Assembly: GCF_036321535.1 (NCBI RefSeq) | Contig: NC_087437.1 | Location: forward strand, 29,018,001 to 29,082,000 | Direction of reading: 5' to 3' | Source of the DNA: Camelus dromedarius | Taxonomy: Eukaryota | DNA: 64,000 nucleotides | Part shown: positions 36,366-46,560 of the stretch, one piece after another | Layout of the letters: every line of letters begins with the position of its first letter | How positions within the stretch are numbered: the stretch's first letter is position 1 | The notes under the pieces: generated by a model | Told to the model about the DNA's origin: nothing | Database searches by the model: none | Seen by the model: the letters and a program-made list of their open reading frames with translations, nothing else | Program-made: the position numbers and the translations under genes

Positions 36366-36918
36366 AGATTCTGTAAGTACAAGATAGTTAAGAACTCTCT
36401 CTCCAGTTCATCTATGTTGTCTCATCAGCTGTATCACTTGTGGACTCTTGAGAAACGTAGCCTAACCAAGACAGAGAAAGTGGGCAGTTTGCTCAATGGA
36501 CTTTACTGGGTTTTTCTCATCAGCTGTTAAATAAGGTCAGTCTTCCTTAAAATTTATAAAACAAACTATAAACAAGGCCCTGAAATGTAATTCCACTAAT
36601 AGCGAGCTCCAGGTGTGTGTGGTTTTGTTCCCCTTTTACAGCCAAAGTCTCCTTCTTTATTTCCCTCTCACTTCTTAACCCACTTGATCTGGCTTCTCCC
36701 CTATCCCACCATTCAGTTTACTCCATCTGCTCAGCTGCATTTTTGGTGTGAGCCACTCGGAGAATGGAGTTGCCATTTACTTTGGCACTTGGGGGCTTGT
36801 AGCTTTTGGACATGTGAAGCTGGAGATGCCCATTCGGTTTAAATTGGACCTATAAAGTTGGCAGCTCTCACTATACAGAGGCTATGTAAACCCTAGTTCT
36901 GGATAAATTCTCTTAAAG

Positions 36919-37075
36919 CAGTGGATTGCAACTCTGGTTGCACATTAGAATCACCTGGTGAGCTGAAATATCCCAAAGCCAGTCCCTGCTCTAGGCCAGT
37001 TTTACCAGACTATCTGGGACAGGACCAAGGCAACAGCATTGTTTTTAAAATTCCCTGGGTTATACTTATCTGTGG
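36919..37075. mobile_element. MER5A fragment
   Basis: 'cagtggattgcaactctggttgcacattagaatcacctgg..gtttttaaaattccctgggttat'; followed by an A33 run (37088-37120). Confidence 0.8.
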
Positions 37076-37086
37076 ATGGAAATAGT

Positions 37087-37123
<37 letters not shown>

Positions 37124-37379
37124 AGAGAGAATGAATTCCTTCCAAACAGTATTTAGCACAGCCAGAACTTGGCTTAAATGTAGTTCATCATAATCAGCAG
37201 AGAGAAATTTTTCACTGAATTTTCTCACAGAGAGAATGTGTTCCCCCATGACACTAGAGTTGGACTTTGAGTTTTCAGAATCCTTCCATCCCATTCTCCC
37301 AAATCCCCCACTGCTTAAAAAACTGCAACTATGGATTGTTCTATCCAGGGGGATAGATAGAACAGAGAACACAGGTCAT

Positions 37380-37850
37380 TATTAATTCAACAAACATATT
37401 TAAGTGCTGGGACACTGTGTTTCAAGAGACTGCAAGGTAAGACACAGACTCCACTCCAGAGGCTCATAGTGTAGCCAAGGAAGAGTGACTTGTAAACAAT
37501 TAGGTATAATCAAGCAATCTCTATGGGGGTGTAAAATGGTCAGTTTTATTGGGGTGGGATGGCCAGTTTAGGCTTTACACAGGAGGTGAAGCTTGAGTTT
37601 CATCTTGAAAGATAAACAGATTGATATTTGCAGGCAGATAAGGAGAGATTAGGGAAGATAACCCCAGAAAGAAAGGGGTGTAAGTAAGGTGGGGCTGGTG
37701 GGTTTGGGAAACTGCAAATACTTTGGAGTGTAGAGTGTGTCTGAGGGTGCAAGAGGTGAGGGGTGGGAGAGTTGATTAGAGAAATACCTAAAGAGGGAGT
37801 GGGGTGGACTTTATAAATCACCTTAAAGGCTTTAAGCTTTCCCCAGATGG
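37380..37850 (-). mobile_element. L2 fragment
   Basis: 'attaattcaacaaacatatttaagtgc..ctcatagtgtag..ggctttacacaggaggtgaagcttgagtt..tcttgaaagataa'. Confidence 0.7.
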
Positions 37851-40800
37851 CTTCCTCCAGTAGACAGTGTATTACAACACGAGTAACATGAAGCTACTGA
37901 ATGAAAGTTGCATAACCAAATTGTATTTTCCAACAAACCTCCGAGAAATACCTCATATCTCCTGAATCACCTCTGCAATCTGTGGAGACCAGGTGTGGTC
38001 AGGTGGAATTTAGTTGTTGCATTTCTATTTAGATGTTTGGTTTCTATGGTGGGAAAAATGGGATTACCTTCCCTCTGCAAGAAACAGGCTTCTTCCCTTT
38101 CAGCAGTTTCTTCCCTCCTCTTCCTCTATTCTCTTTCTCTTGTAGAACAACTACTTGCCCCAGGTGGTCTATTACCACAAGTTTCAGTGAGATAGTGACC
38201 TAGTGACCATCCCTGACTCACTGAGTATACAGGGCCAGGGGCTATCCCTGCCCAAGGATCACTGTGCTGGAAATAAAGCCCACTCCCTTCCCCACCCCTC
38301 CAGGGCTGCCCAGGGGGAATTGATTCTTTCTGCGCCTTGGCCATAAACTCTGGTGCACCCTAGACCATCACTACCCTAAAAGGAAAGGAGGCTGGTAGGA
38401 TTTCAAGGCAGAGGGAGGGCAGCCAAAAGGTCTCTTATTTCTCCGCCTGCCACTCAGCCACGAAAGCTTTTCAGACAGCACTGCAGAGGCAGTAGAAGCT
38501 GTAGTGGCATCGCCTGTCCAAGAAGTAAGTCCCAGGCTATCTTCCCACAAGTAGCCTTACTGTTTAATTCAGAAACTCCTTGTCGTTCTTGGATGCAGAC
38601 AAGCCTGCAAGCCTTTGCTGCCCTCTGAAAATGGGGCATGGGGCAGGGTAGGTCTCATCTCACTCCACCACCATCTGGAAGGCAAGAAACCTACAATTTT
38701 ATCCTTAATCCCACTGTTTGACTCAGTGAACATGGCAGGTTACTTAACCTCTAGTTGTCATGATAGTGTCTTTTAATTTTTTTTTCCCACCAAGAATAAT
38801 ACATAAACCTCTTCCTAACTCCCTGAAATGCTGGATGAACTTGACTGGTGCTTTTTGGAGGAAATAGTTAAATGCCTCTGTTGTAATCAACTAATTCATC
38901 TCAAAATCATTTTTTAAAATTTCCTTTTGAAATGGGAAAATATATATCTTTCTAAGGAGAAATGGTCTTCTTCGATATCTGTTGAGAATAAACGCACCAT
39001 AATTGTGTCAAGTTTTTAAATAGGTATCAATTCCAAAGTAAATGCTTCATTTAAAATGGCAACTTTTAAAGATGGTCTTTAGTACTCTTATAGCTTCTTA
39101 AAAGATAAGGCAAAATATAATTTCTGGGAAGACCTCCGAGATTCTAACCAAAAGATTTGGTCAGTATCTTGCTGTATTTTAAACTATAAATGCAGTCATA
39201 AAATGTACTATTCCACTAGTGCAATATAAATAGGTGACTATTACCTTGCAGTTCAAGGTGTTGTTAAATCTACTTCTTCCTGATAAAGACAGATTTCGTT
39301 TTTGAAATTCCCTTCCTTACCTCTTGGAACACGGTAGTAGTGTTCCTAGAGCTATACAGTTAATCTACTTTGTACTCAGACCAAACCGAAGCTATTCTTA
39401 ATGACAAGAAAAAGGGGCGGAGGGAAGCCTGTCAAACAGGATTATTCAAAGGAAAGAAAGCGAAGGGGATTTAAAGTTGCAACCTGTCATTACCTTCTTC
39501 TACAAGTCATATCAGAAGGACTGAAAAATAGAATAGCACTTTGTCAAAAATACAAATCTAAAGAGGAGAAACAACATCTGGTTTAAAAAAAAATGTTATT
39601 TTAACTACCATGATTACCTGGTAGCTTAGATGGCTCAATATGAAAGGTATTATATAGCAGCATTAAGTGGTGTGTGTGAGGGTGTGTGTGTGTGTGTGTG
39701 TTTCCTAACAGCTCTATTCATTATCAGGTATTAAAGGTCAAGGGTAGCATGTCACTGAGGGTGTCAGAAATTCTCAGTTAGATGACTGATACCTTTTATT
39801 TGTCTCAAGTTCTTTTCTGGGCACATTATCAACCATTAGCTGACAAATCTTCAAATAATTGTAAAGAGTCGGAGCTTTTCTCCTGTTTTATAGTTTTATG
39901 AAACTGAAAAAGAGCAATTTGTCCTCACTGTTCCAAAAAAAAAAAAAAACCAACCCTTCCTGTTCCTTTGTCCTCTCATCCTCCCGCCAACTCACTCATA
40001 TGTCTAACCATAACCCTCCTATACACATGTATGTAAACACATTGCTGTCGTAAGGCTAAGAGCCCAGTAATGCAGTATGTTGCGTATGAAGTCGTAGCAC
40101 GTTATTAGGGTCTTAACTCATTATTTCCCTTTGCTTTTTAAAAGACAAAGGTTTAACACAAATGAACTGACCTTCAGTAACAGAACACCAGGCACTACGG
40201 CACTTGTGCCATAAATTACATATGATACTTGTGCCCAAACATTCACACTCTGTAAGTGTCCATCCTCTCCTTATGATAGTGGTGGCCTGGTTGCCTCAAG
40301 CCAAACCATGAGTCAACAATAAAACCAGAAATTAAAGTTATGTCTTCCACCTCCTTATTCTGAGTTCTTACTATCAAACTAATTCATGCAGCTTCCTAAA
40401 CGGTAGTTCACAATGGGAAAAGCAGATGGAACTATGGAATTATTATAAAGCAGAGGAAATCCTAAGGTCATCAATAGCTCCATGCCAGAGTTGAACCTAT
40501 AATTAGTAGCTGGCACTCCAAACAGTTGGCACTACATTTTGACCCAGCTTTTAAAATTTAGCATTAAAAAAGTCACTCAAAAAGAAGTTCACTCATATAT
40601 ACTCGTTACCATGAATCTTGCAAATGTAACCTATAGACTAAACTATTTAAATATGGGAGTGAAAACAAAGGTCCTGATAATAATTTAAAATCTGCCTTTC
40701 TCAAGTGTTAAATGCTGAAGAAGAGGGCAAAAATTAAGCCTCAGAGGAGCTGGGACAGAAGGAGAGAAGGGAGGGGAAATTTACTTTGTGTCTCTGAGGC

Positions 40801-41642
40801 AGATTGCTGCAGAAATTCAGTTGTTATGATTTTATGGGGAGAACTAATTAAATTAATTTGGAAACCCAAAATTAGAAGAAATCAAGCAGATCTACAAATC
40901 ATGGCAAAGTAACCTGCATAGTAAATAGGATGCTACAGGACTCAATACCATCTCTTTGTATTGAAATGCTGCTTAGGATAGGGTATAATTTCGACAGAAA
41001 TTGAATTAAGAGGATGGATGGGAATTCTGTAGGGTCCATGCAGACTTCTATTTTTAGACTGTTTGTTTACATAGAGTTCCAGTCTGTATGTGCTGCTAGT
41101 GACTAACCCATCAAGTAGCCAGCCATGGAACAATAAGAAATGGTTTCACTTAGGGGGAGGGGTGAAGAGGTTGGGTCATAAAAGCCATTATTTTTTTAAT
41201 GGGCAGAGACAGAGATCTGAGTGATCAGGGAGTTAAAAAATTGGACACAAAAGTGAGATGATTGCTCAAGGGTAGCTTTCACAATTGTTCATCCCCCACC
41301 CCCACTGCCCCCAACTGAAAATTCCAGGTAAAAAGGAAAATCTTAACGGAGAAAAAGAAATCTGGCCCTTTAAAACCATGTGGGGCACTAGGCCGAAGGA
41401 GCACTGAATTCCAGTGTTATAAGACAGCTGATCATTTTAGTCGCCTTCAATATCGTTTTCTAAGACGAAGTGCTCTTAGAACACCTCTTGAGGCTGTGTT
41501 GATGGTAGACGTGGCTGGATCAAGTGCTTTCCTACTAGCATCGCGGTGACATGGTTTGGGGTTTGTTACTGCACCAACCCCTCCAAACTATTTGCTTTCA
41601 TGTATGAGACCTAGAGTATTTCTTTCATCGCTAACCATGCAT

Positions 41643-41720
41643 GTTCATTCACACGCTCGCTCACTCATTCATTCACTCACTCGCTCACTCACTCATTCAC
41701 TCACTCCGTCATCCTTCCAT
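41643..41720. repeat. (TCAC/TCAT/TCGC)n tetranucleotide repeat, probably an L2 tail
   Basis: Direct reading; adjacent 'gggcactttatgtgcctgg' is L2-like. Confidence 0.85.
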
Positions 41721-42039
41721 CCTTTTATTCTGTAACGTCTATACACATGGGCGGGCACTTTATGTGCCTGGTTCCAGTAAAGTGAAATAGAAGGCTAGAG
41801 TTCCTTTCCCCTAAAAGGTCATGATCCTAGAGAAAAATATTCACACATAATTATGTGATACATTATGATTTTGTACAAATTCAATGGGCCTCTCTCCTCT
41901 CCTGTCTCTCTCCATGTATTTAAATACTCTTACAGTATTCTATTGTTGAAAAGCAGTCCTAGAGTTGACATCATTTAACTAGTATGCAAATCCCAACAGT
42001 ATCACTTGCTAGTCTTATGAACTTGAGATTTAGGTGGAA

Positions 42040-42280
42040 TTTAGCCTCTAAATCATTTCACCTCTCAGAGCCCCAGTTTCCTCACTTACTGATAGTTTAG
42101 GATGAGATAGGCACTGTTATATGTATTAATTTATACAGTCCTCTCAATCAACCTATGAAGAGGTTGCTCATATAATCCTTATGTAACATACGAGAAAACT
42201 GTGGTACACAGAGGCTAAATAATTCACCAAGGGTCAGACAGCTTAACAAGCTTTGAACACTGGTCACAACATCTGTGCTC
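42040..42280. mobile_element. Two MIR fragments in opposite orientation
   Basis: 'cacctctcagagccccagtttcctcac' and 'gagaaaactgtggtacacagaggctaaataattcaccaagggtcagacagc'. Confidence 0.7.
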
Positions 42281-42329
42281 TCTTTTAAATTCAAAACTGT
42301 GTTGGAGGAAATTGGTTAACATCTGTAGT

Positions 42330-42700
42330 GTCCTGCTGTATGTACTTAGCACCCATTCCCTCGTCCTTGGATAAGAGCACTTTGATTTCCTCCCTTACTC
42401 TCAGTCTCTGTAGGTTGGGTAGGAATAGTCCCATTCCTGCCCCCAAGGATGAGAATATTGAAAACTGCTTGTATACCTGTTCTGGACCAGAAGCAAGGTT
42501 AGTGGAGCGCTGAAGTCAAATCCTTATACATCCTCCAAACTGCAAAGCACTGAGCATGCCCAGCCTTGGAAACCACCACGGTCAGAAGCCTTTGCTTTTC
42601 CCCCTGAAGTTTGTCATGAAACAGCTACTTGGTTTCAGTTTTCTCATCTATACTGGCCACCAAATTTCTATTTTATTCATGGCCAAGAGTCAACAAAGCT
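42330..42700 (+). mobile_element. Old MaLR LTR fragment (MLT1K/L-like)
   Basis: 'cacccattccctcgtccttggataagagcactttgattt..ctctcagtc..' and a 3' part 'tggtttcagttttctc..tggccaccaa'. Confidence 0.5.
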
Positions 42701-43338
42701 GTAGATCTGTATAAGGCTCTTTACCTACAGGTTGTGTCCAAAAACAAGGAACACACAAACATACTTTTAGGCAAGCAAGTTTTCCTCTCACCATCCCCAG
42801 GCATGGCAGGGAGCAACATGGGGATTCCTAGCTAGAGGGCATGCCCCACAATCTCACCAATCTCATACTCCTCCAGAGCCAAGAGGGACAGTACTTCCAA
42901 GGCTGGTCCAATGAATGAAGCCATTTTGTCAATGGTCATAGAATTACAAAGACCAGATCCATGGGGTTGGGTTACCTACAGAGAAGTAAAAGCTACCCTC
43001 TTTTTTGAGGCTCAGGGGATGTAGTCATGGCCCTCAGCATGGTCTGGACAGTGCAGACATTATTCTGACATACAATTTAAAGTTGGCATTCACACTTACA
43101 CATCATAATGGAATTGATGACCACTTTAGGGCTGTGGACTTTTACTGATTTAAAGAGAGCATCATTCAAATGGTGCTTCGAGCCAAGACAGGCCAGACTG
43201 AACAGGGATTTTCCTGGAATTTTCTTTCACCTCTTGGTTCCTTGTAGCTTTCAGTGATCACTACCTTCCATTTGCTCTCACTGCCCTCTTTCCATCTCTC
43301 AGCTCCCTTCCTTTCCTTGGCACACTTGAACTTGAATA

Positions 43339-44173
43339 TGGTAGTTCCCCCTTCACAGGGGATAAGACTCTCAGTGGATGCCTAAAACTGCTGATAGTAC
43401 TCAATTCTATACATACTACGTTTTTTCCTGCATGTACATACCTGTGATAAGGTTCAATTTATAAATTAGACACAGTAAGAGGTTAACAGCAATAATAAAT
43501 AATAAAATAGAATAATTATAACAAGAGCCTGTGATAAAAGTTATGTCAATATGCTCTCTCTCTCTTTCTCAAAATCTTATTATACAAATGTGGTGCCTTT
43601 TCTATCTTAACTAAGCACTTATCATGCACTGTGGCCAAAACTTTTGCAGTTCGAGGTACAACAGCAAAACTAGCACAAATTTCTTTTTCCTTCTTCACAA
43701 TTTCATGCATAGACGATTCCTTCTTACCATAGATCTTTGCAACCTCAGCATGTGATTTTTTTCTCATTAAGTTGAGAACATTCACATTTTCATTTTTAAA
43801 AAAGCACTTTACAGCTGCTCTTTGGTATATCCAAATTGCGAGTATCACTACTCTTGTGCTTTGAGGCCATTATTAAGTAAAATAAGGCTGACTTGAACAC
43901 AACCACTGTGATACCATGACAGTCGTTCTGATAATCCAGATGGCTACCACGTGACTAACGGACAGGATACACTGGACAAGTGGATAATTCACATCCTGGG
44001 TGAGACAAAGTAGGACAGGGCAAGATTTCATCACGCTACTCAAAACAGCTTGCAATTTAAAATTCATGAATCATTTATTTCTGGAGTTTGCAATTTAATA
44101 TTTTCAGACCTCAGTTGACCACAGGTAACTGAAAACTATGAAAATTGAAACTGCGGTTAAGGGGAGACTACTG
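43339..44173 (-). mobile_element. MER44 / Tigger7-derived DNA transposon retaining a transposase N-terminal relic
   Basis: TA-flanked terminal inverted repeats ('tggtagttcccccttcac' ... 'gttaaggggagactactg'). ORF 43546-43848(-) encodes KSHAEVAKIYGKKESSMHEIVKKEKEICASFAVVPRTAK, a Tigger CENP-B-type HTH relic. Confidence 0.9.
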
Positions 44174-45705
44174 TAGTGGACTTCAGCCTCTGAAAAGAGC
44201 AAGGTTTAAGGACAACAGCAAGGTTAAGCATGTAGCGCCCAAGAGGGAACTGTCGACTGGAAACTGCTAGGCACCAAGTGTCCTTGTCCCTCAAGGGGAT
44301 TATATCACTAGCTGGGGCGTGAAAGCCCGTCAGCAGACTTCCAGGCTGGAATCCAGCAAAACTGGGAATACAGCAAGCAGATCTGGCTGTTGGTGGTGGT
44401 GTTTTTAACCGGCGGCATCCCAAGGCTCTCTGCTACCTTCTAGTCAGTTGACTAAAGCAACATTTTCCTTACTGCATTTACTAGAATTTCAAGAAGGATG
44501 ACCTCAAAGATGTCAGACATAGTTTTCTGTATTTTATAGCTACTAACTGATCCATTCAATACTAGGAGACATTTTTCTATTTTCCCCACTATTTTAGATG
44601 AATTATTCCTAAATAATTCCTGCACGAAGGTTCTATCTTTGCTCAGGCAGGTTTCCCTCTGTCCCAGCCCACGTAGAACATCTGTATGCAACCTGAATGC
44701 TCTTGGTGCTGACAGCTCTGCTTCTCCCCAGACTGTCACCATCTGGCCATCAGCTGTGCACTTCTGAGAACCCACGCGTGCGAATGCCAGTCTTCTCCCT
44801 GGAAGGCTGCGGGCTTAGCATTTCTCCAGGATCCTAGCCCAGTGATTCAAGTGAATCTGAAGTTGTTTTTCCCCCTAACACTCTCATCCCTCAGCCTTTA
44901 AAATAATAGTTCACATCTATCAATAAAAAACAATAAAATGTCCTTTTAATTAGAGGAAGTATTTTCAATTTGTCTTACCACCAGATCGAAGGTGAAATAT
45001 GTATTTTCCATGCGATCTGCTGTGTCACATCATGGAAATATAAATAAATTCTGCTAAGAATTATGACATACATACTTGGAAAGCAGTTCATTTCAACTGC
45101 CTCTTTAAAAACAAAAATTTGATCATATTTCTTTAATCAGACACTTTATTTTCCTCACTTGTGTCAAAAGAATATGCCAACAGAAAAGAACACAATTCCT
45201 TTTGCAACGTTATGAAATTACTTTCTAAAATTGTACATGGAAAATAAAACGTTACTTCCAGCATGCCTTCATTATTTCAGCAACTAACTCTTCCTAAGTA
45301 ACAAGTATATTTGGCTCAATTAATTCGTTATTTTGAGAAACATTTATCAGTGCTTACATTAGATCAGCATCAAAAATATAGAGATGCCCAAGCCATGGAA
45401 ACAGTTCTGGATCTTGCAGGCTAGTCAGTAAGGCAGAAAGAAAAGCAAACACTTTTAGTTCAGCTCAGAAAGTAGAACCGTAGAGACACAAAAGCCCTTC
45501 AGAGAAAGCGCTTGATTTTTCAACCATTTTGGTTTCTTTTAAGGCAGACGCTGGGTGATCTTTTAATTCAGATTTAATTTAAGAAGACAAGGGCCTTTTG
45601 TCCATAAATAAATAAGTAATGTTTTTAAACCCTCTTACCTCCCTGATAATTTTTTTTTCAAAATTTATTTTGTTTTTCTTTAATTATAGGTGATTTTCAT
45701 CTCTG

Positions 45706-46055
45706 CAGTGGTTCTTAACCTTTTCAGGGAGGTCAACACGAGTAAGTCAGAATTAGAATCCCAGGGGAGGTTTATCAGTCTTCACGTGACCTCTCTATTG
45801 CTGTGCTCACAATTCTTAGTGTGAAGGCTTTGTAAAAACATAGTTTGCTAGGCCCAGCACCCCTAGAGTTTCTGATTCAGCAAGTCTGGGGTAGGAACTG
45901 AGAATCTATATTCCTAATTAGTTCCTAAGAGATGCTGCGGGTCTCGGGACCCAGCTTTGAGAACCACTGCTCCATCCCATCAGGCTATCAAAATAAGGGT
46001 TGCATTCTGTGAAATTTCTCAGATAATTGTGATACCCATTTCTTAACCACTAATT
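45706..46055. mobile_element. Composite MER5-family hAT elements (a MER5A apparently nested in a related element)
   Basis: 'cagtggttcttaacc' start; inner 'cccagcacccctagagtttctgattcagcaagtctgggg..ctttgagaaccactg' ending at 45969; outer-type sequence resumes ('tgcattct..ctcagataattgtgata'). Confidence 0.7.
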
Positions 46056-46319
46056 AACTCTGAACTTTCTCCACCAGCCTCACCAGTTCCTTTTTCACAT
46101 TTGGTGTTCGTGCTCTTCACACATTTAGAGAAATTGATAGTCCTGCTGGTTTTCTTTCTTTCTTTCTTTTTTAGTGGCACCAGATCCTGCAGGTACAAAC
46201 CTCCAGATTAGCCTTGCTCCTTTACATACTATCAGTGATTTCCCAGTCTCTCTAATTATAAAATAGGATCTGTCAGGTTATCCGTCTACATGTCTGTTGG
46301 GGATTTATAAGAATACATT

Positions 46320-46560
46320 TATAATAACACTAACACTACTATAGAAGTTAACATGTGCCAGGCATGGTTCTAAGAACTTCATATATGTTAATTCATTTGA
46401 ATTCTCTCAACAACCCAGTGAAGTAGGTATTATAATCATCTCCATTCTAGAAACTGGACATGGAGGCCCACTGAGGTTAAGAAGTTTGCCCCAGGGCATC
46501 AGCTGGTGAGTGGTGGAGCCTGAGCAGTCTGGCTTCAGATCCCTGAACCTAACCACTCTT
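46320..46560 (-). mobile_element. MIR SINE
   Basis: 'atgtgccaggcatggttctaag..attcatttgaattctctcaacaacccagtgaagtaggtattataatc..gaggttaagaagtttgccc..agcagtctggcttcag..cctaaccact'. Confidence 0.88.

Noticed and set aside
36318..36530. The functional ATG2B gene itself
   Set aside because: Similarity ends after 16 codons. The true protein continues LLQRYLGHFLQEKLSL..., and I recognise no further ATG2B exons or the neighbouring GSKIP gene in the window.
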